Shown: positions 19,668-27,892 of the stretch, in pieces
Layout of the letters: every line of letters begins with the position of its first letter
How positions within the stretch are numbered: the first letter of the stretch is position 1
IMG/VR virus record: IMGVR_UViG_3300008255_000328
Coordinates: 1-31,379 of that record
From: a virus
Lineage: Duplodnaviria > Caudoviricetes
Direction: 5' to 3' (one strand)
DNA: 31,379 nucleotides
Made by a program: the position numbers and the translations under genes
Notes under the pieces: generated by a model
Database searches by the model: none
What the model saw: the letters and a program-made list of their open reading frames with translations, nothing else
Told to the model about the DNA's origin: nothing

Positions 19668-20683
19668 TGATTGCTGCGCACACACTTCGTAACGCAAAGA
19701 GAATCTTCACGTTCTTTGACGACTTTCAGCGCACCGGGGATCTGGTATCGGATTCAATTTCCCCCGACCTGGTGTACGGGCTGGGAAATGTTCCTTCGTC
19801 TAATTTCTCGTGGGCCAATTCTCTCCGCACAAGCAGCAGTATTCCACTCATTGGAATTACAAACAACAAGGCACGGGTACATCTTGGTGCACTTGGGAGT
19901 GTAGGGACTAGTACTTCCCACAACGTGGCATATGTGGACACCCTCATCCGCAATGTGAGCATCCAGATGGATGGAGACTGGGCGTACGGATTAGTGTTCC
20001 GCTACCGCAACAGTTCTAACTTCTGGGCATTGGTCACGTCTCACCACCAGTTTTCTCAGGCGCTGTATGACACCCAAACTGAGTTTGCGCAGAATTACTC
20101 ATCAGTGACGTCTAAGACAGGGTCGTTCATCCCCCAAGGAAACGGAAGTTGTAAGACAAACATCAGTTCTCACTCTCACACCGCAACCCAGTACGGTAGT
20201 TCATCGTTTCCTTCTGTAGCACACAGCCACTTTGTACAAACTGGTGGGTTTGTGAAGGTCGGACAAGTTTGTCTGGGAACAGCAGCGGCATCCGTGTCCC
20301 ACACTGCATCTGGGGGGCCGTACGCCACAGGAAATACGAGAACTGTGTTCTCGGGAACTGTTACTAGAAACCACTATTGGGCAGACCTCGTGTTGGTTCA
20401 AAACAACTCGCCTGCTGTTATGGCCAGCGCACGGTTAAGCACGTCATCTGCACCATCCCTGGTGGGGATGACTGTAGAAGCGCAGGGTCCAAAGATCGTG
20501 ACAACGGTGGCGGGACACACCCTGACTGCCACGGACAACACTGAACTTCAGTCGGCGACTCGCCACGGGTTCGGGTACTTCGGGAACATCCCAGGAAACA
20601 AGGGGATCTCCTTCGGGGGGCGAAACAACCAATCAGCCTACGGCGCTGGGGTTGACAACTTCTCGCTGGAAGGCGCGCTGTAG
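19667..20683 (+). CDS. hypothetical beta-rich virion protein (possible lectin-like receptor-binding protein)
   Basis: ATG 19667 overlaps upstream TAA; 'FFDDFQR', 'YGLVFRYRNSSNFW', terminal 'VDNFSLE' suggest a ConA-like sandwich (inference). Confidence 0.55.
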   Translation: MIAAHTLRNAKRIFTFFDDFQRTGDLVSDSISPDLVYGLGNVPSSNFSWANSLRTSSSIPLIGITNNKARVHLGALGSVGTSTSHNVAYVDTLIRNVSIQMDGDWAYGLVFRYRNSSNFWALVTSHHQFSQALYDTQTEFAQNYSSVTSKTGSFIPQGNGSCKTNISSHSHTATQYGSSSFPSVAHSHFVQTGGFVKVGQVCLGTAAASVSHTASGGPYATGNTRTVFSGTVTRNHYWADLVLVQNNSPAVMASARLSTSSAPSLVGMTVEAQGPKIVTTVAGHTLTATDNTELQSATRHGFGYFGNIPGNKGISFGGRNNQSAYGAGVDNFSLEGAL

Positions 20684-20692
20684 GATAACAAC

Positions 20693-23600
20693 ATGACCTT
20701 CAACGCATACTACGGGCTGTCGCAGTATGGGGACCAGTTCCACTATGGAATTGAGGATGCCCCTGACTTTGAGGTTGACAGGCTTTTAGTTGAATCGTTT
20801 GACTATGGGTCACTCATCATCACCTGGCCCAGCCCCTCTGGACCGGACTGGACGAACATTCGCCTAGTTCGTTCATCCATTGGACCCCCGGTTGTGATTG
20901 ATGAGGGACGCACCGTCTACGAATCAGCGCGTGAAACCGATGGCAATTCCTACATCGATGAGGACAACATCGAGCCTGGTGAGGTCTACTACTACGGCTT
21001 ATTCGTCCTGGAGTCCACCGGTCTGTGGCGTTTCGTTGCACCTGGTCAGGGGACCCCATTAAAGGACTGGGGTTACCGCGACCGCCTCTGGGAACTGATT
21101 CCGGAGACGTACCGCATCTCAGACCAGGTGGCGGCGTCCATCGACACCTATCACGATAAGGGTCCGCTTCAGAGGTTCCTGGAGGTCTTCGCCCAGGAGT
21201 TGGACTACATCCGTAGCGAATACGAAAACCTGCGGAACACCAACAACTTCGAGAAGGTCCCTGCTCAGTTGCTGGGGCCGGTGTCGCAGCAGTTGAACCT
21301 CACCATCGAGCCCCTTCTGGGCGTCTCCTTGACGCGTCGGTTCCTTCAGAATGCGTTGTTCGTGTACAAGCGCAAGGGATCCCTGCGCGGGGTTGAGGCA
21401 CTGGTCAGCGCGGTTACTGGATGGTCCAACGATGCACGCTGGAACCCTGATGAGGCCAATGCGGGGGCCAACCCACGTGTGGTCATCCGGGTACACCCGG
21501 ATCGAATCAACCTCCTACCGAACCCCTCGTTTGAATTCGCGGAGGACCCCGAGGACCCCAATGACTACATCCAGTCGTGGGGAACCAAGATCCTCGATGG
21601 CAACGGGGACCCGATCAATGACAACACCTCCCCGTCAAAGGAAGTCAAGTCAGACCCAGACTGGGGATACGGAGGGTCTATCGAGACGCTGAACGTTGCG
21701 TCCCCCTTCCTGATCGACCTGGAAGGTTGGGATCGTTCCAAGGCTGCCTGGATTCCCGGTACGGCGGGGAATTACTTCTCCACCGTAGACAAGCCCTCCC
21801 TTGACATCACCGGCCCACTCCAGGTGGAATGGGAGGGCGCGGTCAACGACTGGGATAGACAACAGACTCTTATCGCAAAGTGGGACGCAACAACGAACAA
21901 CAGATCCTGGAGCCTCTACACCAACAGTTCTGGAGTTCTCCAGTTCGCGTTCACCGCTGATGGGTCTACTCAGTTCACAGCAGTAGGACCCGACATTTCC
22001 GCGTATGTGGAACGAGGTCTGCAAGCGTTCAAGGTCCACCTGGAATTCCCCGGATCCGGGTACGTCGTGTCGTTCTACGCTGCTGACAACATCGGTGGTC
22101 CTTGGACTGAGGTCGGATCGGTTGCGAACACGTCGGGACCAACGTCCGTTTTCTCGGGCACTGCGGACCTCTCTGTCGGAGCGGTGGATGACGGGGCCAC
22201 CACCCCGTTCAAGGGCGCGGTGACCCGCGCGCGTGTCTACAGCGGCATCGGCGGTACCCTGGTCGCCGACTTCGACCCGCGTCGTTACACCTCCGGTACA
22301 GCGTTTGTGGGGTCGAAGGGGAACCAGTGGCTGATCAACGAAAGTGGAACCCCCTCTTCGAAGATCCTCGACCGGAACTGCTTCGCATTCACAGGTTCGG
22401 AGTACCTGATCGCGACCGCGCGGGAGAGTTTAAACACCAACAACCTGACCGCGTTAGTCGTGTGGAACCGCTCTGGAGTGACCCCATCGAGCCACCAGAC
22501 CATCATGTCGCACAAGGCTGGGCCAGAGTCCTCCAGCGCTGGGTGGCTCTTAAGAAACCAGACCAATGACGCGATCGTTGGTCTGGTGTCTGATGGCATC
22601 ACCGATGAAACCACCGGGGGTGGTGGGCAAGCCATTGGTGTGTCCGCAACCAGTGGATGGAACGCACATGTTCTGAAGATCCGTGTCGCGGATGACACGT
22701 TATCCATGACGGTACAAGACACGTACCAGACCTCCGCAACAAGAACCAAGACCCCGTACCAGTCGATCCACAATAACCAGAACTTCTCTATTGGAGCCCT
22801 ACCTGCCGGGGGAGCCCCATTCCTCACTGAGCACGTACAGGCAGTGGTATTGGTCAACTCACAGTTGTCATCCGATGAAGTGGAGGAGTTCAAGCGTTGG
22901 GCTCAGCGTGGAGCGTTGGTGTCCGAGGAACCCAATTGGATCCGCACGCAGACCACGTTCTACATCAACGCTGATGATGACACCGTGCGGCAGAACTACC
23001 TATCAGACAACGACGTGCACAACCTGTCCCAGGACAACGTGCTCCACGGGAACCAGTCTGTACGATTAGAAGCGATCAATGCCGGTAGTGTTCTGATCGT
23101 GTGGCCCGATTCATCCGGCTACGCCTACGCGGTGTACGGCGCTTCCCTCTATGGTCAGAAGTTGTACAACGACCAGCCGCGAGACGTCAACGCCAGCGTC
23201 AGTGCGTTCGACCTGGCAGATGCGGAAGCGCTGAGACGTTACGTGTTCGCTGGGCATGTGAAGAGTAAGAGCACGTCGCGACCGGTGACACTAGCGGTGA
23301 TTTGGTACGACGTGGATCGGGTTCCAATTGACGCGGTCACCGAAACGATCACGACAACGCCCGGAGCCTGGAAGCGTTTAAACCTCTTTGCTACCGCACC
23401 TGAGAATGCACGGTTTGTCTCCGTTGCTATGGAAATCCATGAATGTGACGCAGGAGAGGTTCACTTTGTAGACGCGTTCATGTTGGAACAGTCTTCGATT
23501 CTTCGGGACTACTTCGATGGTTCGAGTGTTCCCGCTGACGACTACACTTGGGAAATCATTCCGAACACCTCTAAGTCTTTCTTCTGGGACCGTATCCAGA

Positions 23601-23722
23601 TCAAGACATCAAGATTGATCCAACTTCTCCCCGACTTCTTGCCACCGAACATGGTCTACGAGATCGAATACGATGAGCGTGAAGACGGTCTGATCGACGC
23701 CAACGTGGAGGCTGAAGCCTAA
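20693..23722 (+). CDS. baseplate wedge protein (P2 gpI-like) with FN3-like, LamG/ConA-like and carbohydrate-binding-like modules
   Basis: 'LWELIPETYR..D..PLQRFLEVF..ELD', 'YKRKGSLRGVEALVSAVTGW', 'INLLPNPSFE', LamG-like 'QTLIAKWD..RSWSLY', 'VDAFMLEQ..DYFDG'. Confidence 0.75.
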   Translation: MTFNAYYGLSQYGDQFHYGIEDAPDFEVDRLLVESFDYGSLIITWPSPSGPDWTNIRLVRSSIGPPVVIDEGRTVYESARETDGNSYIDEDNIEPGEVYYYGLFVLESTGLWRFVAPGQGTPLKDWGYRDRLWELIPETYRISDQVAASIDTYHDKGPLQRFLEVFAQELDYIRSEYENLRNTNNFEKVPAQLLGPVSQQLNLTIEPLLGVSLTRRFLQNALFVYKRKGSLRGVEALVSAVTGWSNDARWNPDEANAGANPRVVIRVHPDRINLLPNPSFEFAEDPEDPNDYIQSWGTKILDGNGDPINDNTSPSKEVKSDPDWGYGGSIETLNVASPFLIDLEGWDRSKAAWIPGTAGNYFSTVDKPSLDITGPLQVEWEGAVNDWDRQQTLIAKWDATTNNRSWSLYTNSSGVLQFAFTADGSTQFTAVGPDISAYVERGLQAFKVHLEFPGSGYVVSFYAADNIGGPWTEVGSVANTSGPTSVFSGTADLSVGAVDDGATTPFKGAVTRARVYSGIGGTLVADFDPRRYTSGTAFVGSKGNQWLINESGTPSSKILDRNCFAFTGSEYLIATARESLNTNNLTALVVWNRSGVTPSSHQTIMSHKAGPESSSAGWLLRNQTNDAIVGLVSDGITDETTGGGGQAIGVSATSGWNAHVLKIRVADDTLSMTVQDTYQTSATRTKTPYQSIHNNQNFSIGALPAGGAPFLTEHVQAVVLVNSQLSSDEVEEFKRWAQRGALVSEEPNWIRTQTTFYINADDDTVRQNYLSDNDVHNLSQDNVLHGNQSVRLEAINAGSVLIVWPDSSGYAYAVYGASLYGQKLYNDQPRDVNASVSAFDLADAEALRRYVFAGHVKSKSTSRPVTLAVIWYDVDRVPIDAVTETITTTPGAWKRLNLFATAPENARFVSVAMEIHECDAGEVHFVDAFMLEQSSILRDYFDGSSVPADDYTWEIIPNTSKSFFWDRIQIKTSRLIQLLPDFLPPNMVYEIEYDEREDGLIDANVEAEA

Positions 23723-24387
23723 TGCCACTGCCATCATTACAGCCAACCAACCTCCAGGTCGGTGATCCCGGACACGAGATCATCCACAACAACCTGTCCT
23801 CTGCCGTCAACACGCTTATCACGGTTCTCGGTGGTCCAGGTTCTTCTCCTGAGGGCGGATCCCCGACACTCGCAGAGCGAATTGCCGACATCGAATCGCT
23901 GATTCCTCCTGGAAGTGTCACGGTGTCTCCAGCGACTGCATTCGGTCTGATCCCGGACCCCGGAACGGCCACCGCGTTCGCGCGGGAAGATCACATCCAC
24001 GGAACTCCCCAGGTACCAGGCCAGGCGCTGGAAGTGGTGACCTTCTTCTATGAGGGATTGGTTGACGTGCTCTCGGGGGATCGTCCCTGGCCTGTGCCCT
24101 TCGATGGTGTGATCAAGGGTGTCATTGCCGCATCGCGAACCGCTGGTTCCACAAACGACACTAAGTTAGATCTTCGTGTCAACGGGGCGTCGGTGTTCAC
24201 CAACAAGCCAACCATCCTGGCGGGCACCGCGTCTACCGAGGTTCTTCAGGTTCCCGACGTTGACAAGAACACCGTCACCACGGGGGATGTGCTCCTTTTG
24301 GACATCGGTCCGGGAGGTGCCTCTGATGTGGGAATCGGGATGTTTGACTTGACCATCAACATCCTCTTTGAGGTAGCGAGCGCGTAA
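23722..24387 (+). CDS. hypothetical virion protein
   Basis: 221 aa, TAATG-coupled both ends; 'AFAREDHIHG' fibre-type motif; beta-rich C-terminus. Confidence 0.6.
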   Translation: MPLPSLQPTNLQVGDPGHEIIHNNLSSAVNTLITVLGGPGSSPEGGSPTLAERIADIESLIPPGSVTVSPATAFGLIPDPGTATAFAREDHIHGTPQVPGQALEVVTFFYEGLVDVLSGDRPWPVPFDGVIKGVIAASRTAGSTNDTKLDLRVNGASVFTNKPTILAGTASTEVLQVPDVDKNTVTTGDVLLLDIGPGGASDVGIGMFDLTINILFEVASA

Positions 24388-25697
24388 TGGGTACCACAGT
24401 AGGGACCATCGGCGGCGGCGGGAGCAATCCGCCGGACCTCGAAGCCAAGTACCCCCGCCACGCCCTTCAGCGTGATGGATACGGACGCCATTGGGTGTTC
24501 TCCACCGATAGCGACTCGTCTGTGCATGGGTTCTATTCAGAAGACGGGGGCGTCACCTGGGCCGAAGATCTCGACATTGTGGCTGCACTGCCTGACGCCG
24601 GGGGCGGTCGCTCTGTTGTTGCCATGTCCGTTCCAGGACCAAACAGTGACACGCTACAAGGAAATGCCCTCGGGGTTGCGTACAAGGACAACAGCGGTGT
24701 ACTGAATCAGAACAATAGTCTTAGACTGACCGCATTCAGCGTCACACAAACAGCCGACCGTGTGAACTCCGTGACGGCTGATACATCAGTACTTACTACA
24801 CAGCCCAATGCGCGGATGTTGGATCTTGTTGCATTTGCTAACGATCGTGGACCTAACATCCGGGGAGAGACAATCTTTGCTGCGTTGTGGGCTGAAGAAG
24901 ATGTAGTCACCGGAGATGCTGAGGTTCACCTGGGGTTCCGACGCTACAACCAGTCAGGATTTCAACAGTCAAGTTCATCAACAAACATCACTCTTTTCAC
25001 TGATCCCGACAACCTCGTGACAGCGTCAAACTTCGATGGAGGGTTGGCTTTTCGTCACGACGGTGATGGTCAATCCCGGCTGAGTGATTCGAACGTCACA
25101 CTGCTTGTGGGATTTATGCAGAACGGAATTTCTTCTGTTCGCTACGCAATCATCAGTGAAGATTCAACCAACTTGGGTGTTGGTAATTTCACTGTTGACG
25201 GTCCTTTTTCCTCTGTCGTTTCTGGTGGGTCCATTACTTTGCCTTCTACCGGATCATGGGTTGATGTGTTCTTGACGCGTGATCTTCGCGCAGGGATCGC
25301 CATCTACAAGGCCGGTAGTAGTGGAAATAAGTTGACTACTGCTATCCGTTCTGTTCCGGGGTTGTCTCTTATTTCAGCAAATCGTTTAGATCTTTCACAT
25401 AACGTGGTGCTGAAGTACGGCGGTGTTTGTCTTGATGCAAATGATGGAGTAATGTTTCAAGGACTCGATGAGAACAATGATCTCAACGGGTACGCAATGA
25501 CAAGTGGACAAGTGCTCGGGGTGAAGAGGTTGTTGGACACCTCCACCGCTTCAACAACACAGATCCGCCCCAAGATGTCCCTGTACCCCAACGACACTCT
25601 GGAGACATCGTTCTTCACGGGAAACTTGATCGAGTTCAATCTGAATCTCAACCGTGGTCTTCCCTTCCGAGGGTGGGGACAGTCTGTGCTGAACTAG
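24387..25697 (+). CDS. hypothetical virion protein, possible beta-propeller with Asp-box
   Basis: 436 aa; 'YSEDGGVTW' matches the Asp-box/BNR pattern SxDxGxTW; AT-richer 3' half. Confidence 0.55.
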   Translation: MGTTVGTIGGGGSNPPDLEAKYPRHALQRDGYGRHWVFSTDSDSSVHGFYSEDGGVTWAEDLDIVAALPDAGGGRSVVAMSVPGPNSDTLQGNALGVAYKDNSGVLNQNNSLRLTAFSVTQTADRVNSVTADTSVLTTQPNARMLDLVAFANDRGPNIRGETIFAALWAEEDVVTGDAEVHLGFRRYNQSGFQQSSSSTNITLFTDPDNLVTASNFDGGLAFRHDGDGQSRLSDSNVTLLVGFMQNGISSVRYAIISEDSTNLGVGNFTVDGPFSSVVSGGSITLPSTGSWVDVFLTRDLRAGIAIYKAGSSGNKLTTAIRSVPGLSLISANRLDLSHNVVLKYGGVCLDANDGVMFQGLDENNDLNGYAMTSGQVLGVKRLLDTSTASTTQIRPKMSLYPNDTLETSFFTGNLIEFNLNLNRGLPFRGWGQSVLN

Positions 25698-25718
25698 CAC
25701 AGCGTTTAAACTTGCTGT

Positions 25719-25973
25719 ATGGAATTCCTCTACCTGTCCTTCGCTGTACTCGTCGCCATGGAGGCCGTGTACGGGATCCGAGATGAGGTCCCTTACGCGC
25801 TCCCCGGCGCGGTGTTCCCTCTGATGTCAGCAGGGGTCGGACTCGGTCTGGCTGCCTTGTTCGGGGTGGATCTTCTTATTGGACTTGCGTCGGCGGGCTC
25901 GTCTGCTATGCTGCGCACCGTCGGACTCTCGATCCGCGAGTACGTCAACCCCCCGACACCAAGACGACGATGA
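25719..25973 (+). CDS. small membrane protein, holin-like
   Basis: 84 aa, 2-3 hydrophobic segments, basic C-terminus (PTPRRR), last gene of the tail operon. Confidence 0.5.
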   Translation: MEFLYLSFAVLVAMEAVYGIRDEVPYALPGAVFPLMSAGVGLGLAALFGVDLLIGLASAGSSAMLRTVGLSIREYVNPPTPRRR

Positions 25974-26076
25974 CTCTCCACCACTGGTATCACACCTAAG
26001 CCAGTCTCTTCATGGGACCGGCTACAAACCGTGTCCCGAGGTGGTCATCGTCAAGGGACGCGCATATTCACCACTT

Positions 26077-26148
26077 GCGTCTCTGGTGTAACGGCAGCAC
26101 AGCGGCTTCCAAACCCGCTAGGTCAGGGTTCGAATCCTTGGGGATGCG
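26077..26148 (+). tRNA. tRNA-Trp(CCA)
   Basis: Acceptor GCGTCTC/GGGATGC; anticodon arm GCGGC-TTCCAAA-CCCGC (C31-C39 mismatch); GTTCGAATC; G73. Confidence 0.85.
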
Positions 26149-26150
26149 CT

Positions 26151-26222
26151 GTGGCCCTGGTGTAACGGCAGCATCATCTCCCTGTGACGGAGAAGGAGCG
26201 GGTTCGAATCCCGTGGGCCACC
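26151..26222 (+). tRNA. tRNA-His(GTG)
   Basis: GTGGCCC/GGGCCAC; TCTCC-CTGTGAC-GGAGA; C73. Confidence 0.92.
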
Positions 26223-26224
26223 CC

Positions 26225-26305
26225 GGTACGACTGAACATTGGCGAGTTCACCTGGCTGTAAACCAGACGTCTTAGGCTGTGGCGGTTCGACTCCGTCTCG
26301 TACCA
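26225..26305 (+). tRNA. tRNA-Tyr(GTA)
   Basis: GGTACGA/TCGTACC; CTGG-CTGTAAA-CCAG; long variable arm. Confidence 0.9.
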
Positions 26306-26325
26306 CCTTTCGTTACACTTATCCA

Positions 26326-26940
26326 ATGAGTCATCACTGGAATCCTGATAACCCCTTCAAGTACCCCACTTCGGAGGAACTTTCTCAGTTCCGTGAGGCG
26401 GATGCGTCACCAGAAGAACGTCTTACCTTCAACAGGTTCGAACCTCTTCACGCCTTCTTCGGTTCCCGCAGCGGTTCGTTTAAGAATGCGGCAGAACTCC
26501 CGTCTCATTTAAACGGCAACGCGCCTGGATTCCAGAACCGAGCGGACCGCATTCAGCGGGCATCCCTTCCGGGAATCCAACATCCAAGAATCAAGAATCC
26601 TAATCGTCGTATGGGTTACACCGATCACTCAGCGGTGGACATGACCAACGTGCGCGATGCGGTTCACGACCCGGACTTTCCACTGACTGAAGTGGACCCC
26701 CGGCAGGTCCATGCTGCACAAGCCGGTACGACCCGACAGGGTGTGGAGTACTACCTGGGGGACAAGTACTGGAAGACCGGCCAGACCTTCGCGGATGCGG
26801 ACCAGGCGGGTAACCGAGTCCCCGTGGTTTACCAACGCCGGGACCAGCGCAATGTCCTCCTTTCTGGACACCACCGCGCTATCGCGGCTAACCTCATGGG
26901 TAAGCAGTTCCCCGCCAAGATCGTGACAGGATCCAAGTGA
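26326..26940 (+). CDS. ParB/Srx N-terminal-like domain protein
   Basis: 'VDPRQVHAAQ...PVVYQ...VLLSGHHRAIAA.LMG...PAKIV' has the GHHR ParB-like motif. Start moved to ATG 26326 because 26239 lies inside tRNA-Tyr. Confidence 0.7.
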   Translation: MSHHWNPDNPFKYPTSEELSQFREADASPEERLTFNRFEPLHAFFGSRSGSFKNAAELPSHLNGNAPGFQNRADRIQRASLPGIQHPRIKNPNRRMGYTDHSAVDMTNVRDAVHDPDFPLTEVDPRQVHAAQAGTTRQGVEYYLGDKYWKTGQTFADADQAGNRVPVVYQRRDQRNVLLSGHHRAIAANLMGKQFPAKIVTGSK

Positions 26941-27161
26941 GCACCTATGTGACCCCCAGCCTCCGGATTGGAGAGACGACCGGACACAAGTACGCTGCGT
27001 CAGCCAACCGCGCGGTTGCGCTCATCCACGGTGGTATTCCAGTCTGGGTTCCCGACGCCATCGTTGCCTACGACACCCTGAAGGATCTCGCGGGGGAAGT
27101 GTGGACTCGACGCCACTTCAAGAATCTTGGCATCCTGGAAGATGCCGACCAAAATAGTTGA
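26937..27161 (+). CDS. hypothetical protein
   Basis: 74 aa, GTGA overlap with the ParB-like gene. Confidence 0.6.
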   Translation: MSTYVTPSLRIGETTGHKYAASANRAVALIHGGIPVWVPDAIVAYDTLKDLAGEVWTRRHFKNLGILEDADQNS

Positions 27162-27187
27162 CACCCCTCGTGTGGCTGTGGTAGTGT
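27158..27187 (+). promoter_or_regulatory. sigma70/SigA-type promoter for the main tRNA array
   Basis: TTGACA (27158-27163), 18-nt spacer, TGn-TAGTGT (27182-27187), 11 nt before the first tRNA. Confidence 0.7.
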
Positions 27188-27198
27188 GTCCGATCCGA

Positions 27199-27274
27199 TG
27201 CGCGATAGGGAAGTCTGGCCTATCCCGACTGGCTCATAACCAGTAGATCGTGGGTTCGAATCCCACTCGCGCAA
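27199..27274 (+). tRNA. tRNA-Met(CAT); Met vs Ile2 not resolved
   Basis: TGCGCGA/TCGCGCA; ACTGG-CTCATAA-CCAGT. Confidence 0.9.
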
Positions 27275-27278
27275 CTCT

Positions 27279-27350
27279 GACTAGGTGGCTGAGCGGTGAG
27301 GCAGCGGTCTGCAAAACCGCTTGACACGGGTTCGAATCCCGTCCTAGTCT
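27279..27350 (+). tRNA. tRNA-Cys(GCA)
   Basis: GACTAGG/CCTAGTC; GCGGT-CTGCAAA-ACCGC; U73. Confidence 0.93.
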
Positions 27351-27379
27351 CTTGGAAACTCCATAGGGATGCACAACTT

Positions 27380-27452
27380 GGGCCTGTAGTTCCAACGGTA
27401 GAACGTCTGTGTTGCAAGCAGAATGTTAGGGGTTCGAATCCCCTCGGGTCCA
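27380..27452 (+). tRNA. tRNA-Ala(TGC)
   Basis: GGGCCTG/CGGGTCC with G3-U70; TCTGT-GTTGCAA-GCAGA. Confidence 0.92.
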
Positions 27453-27457
27453 CCCAC

Positions 27458-27529
27458 GCCTCTGTCGGTTAACGGTTAAACCATCGGACTCTTAATCCGT
27501 GACTGAAGGTTCGAATCCTTCCGGGGGCA
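27458..27529 (+). tRNA. tRNA-Lys(CTT)
   Basis: GCCTCTG/CGGGGGC; CGGA-CTCTTAA-TCCG. Confidence 0.9.
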
Positions 27530-27575
27530 CGCGGGTACACTAGTCCTCACAGACTGTCTACCCAAAGGAATCTTC

Positions 27576-27647
27576 ATGAATGCAATCCATCTTCTGGTTG
27601 TCGTAGTCATCCTCGTGGTGCTCCTGAAGATCCTCGGAATCGTTTAA
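27576..27647 (+). CDS. 23-aa hydrophobic single-TM micropeptide
   Basis: AAAGGA RBS then MNAIHLLVVVVILVVLLKILGIV*; the stop lies inside GTTTAAAC. Confidence 0.6.
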   Translation: MNAIHLLVVVVILVVLLKILGIV

Positions 27648-27656
27648 ACAGATCAT

Positions 27657-27727
27657 GTTCCTTTGGCGGAATGGTTACGCAGCCGGTTGAAGCCCGGTTC
27701 ATCGAGGTTCGATTCCTCGGGGGAACA
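27657..27727 (+). tRNA. tRNA-Phe(GAA)
   Basis: GTTCCTT/GGGGAAC; GCCGG-TTGAAGC-CCGGT; GTTCGATTC. Confidence 0.85.
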
Positions 27728-27728
27728 C

Positions 27729-27819
27729 GAGTGGTTAGTCAGGGCCAGCACTAAACTTCGCGCTGGTTGCGAACCACCCTCTGGACCGGGTAAGGCTGAC
27801 TAGAAGCCCGCTCCATCTC
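27729..27819 (+). ncRNA. candidate structured RNA (two hairpins joined by a pseudoknot)
   Basis: GTGGTT/AACCAC, GCCAGC/GCTGGT, TGGA.CGGG/CCCG.TCCA, plus AGTCAG(27737-27742)/CTGACT(27796-27801). Confidence 0.45.
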
Positions 27820-27892
27820 GCGCTCGTAGCACAACGGATACTGCGACTGGCTACGAACCAGTAGATTGGGGGTTCGAATCCCTCCGGGCGCT
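27820..27892 (+). tRNA. tRNA-Arg(ACG)
   Basis: GCGCTCG/CGGGCGC; ACTGG-CTACGAA-CCAGT. Confidence 0.93.

Noticed and set aside
152-25651. Many short alternative-frame and minus-strand ORFs inside the tail operon
   Set aside because: Expected in high-GC DNA; they lie within well-supported, translationally coupled plus-strand genes and show no recognisable motifs.
10993-25697. Diversity-generating retroelement or invertase-based fibre switching
   Set aside because: No reverse transcriptase, recombinase, template/variable repeat pair or inverted cassette seen; fibre repeats are diverged at DNA level.
25697-25718. Intrinsic terminator at ACAGC-GTTTAAACTT-GCTGT
   Set aside because: Only a 5-bp stem, no U-tract, and it abuts the next ATG; counted only as a GTTTAAAC site.
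26077-26148. tRNA-Gly(TCC) reading of the first tRNA
   Set aside because: The anticodon stem pairs only with CCA centred in the loop, and G73 fits Trp.
18229-26514. Near-matches GTTTAAG (~18229, ~26478) and ATTTAAAC (~26507)
   Set aside because: Imperfect; excluded from the count of 17.
27729-27819. Pistol, twister or HDV-like ribozyme, or ZTP riboswitch assignment
   Set aside because: Only superficial similarity (GTGGTTAG...GGGCCA); I could not map the required helices, so it is left unassigned.
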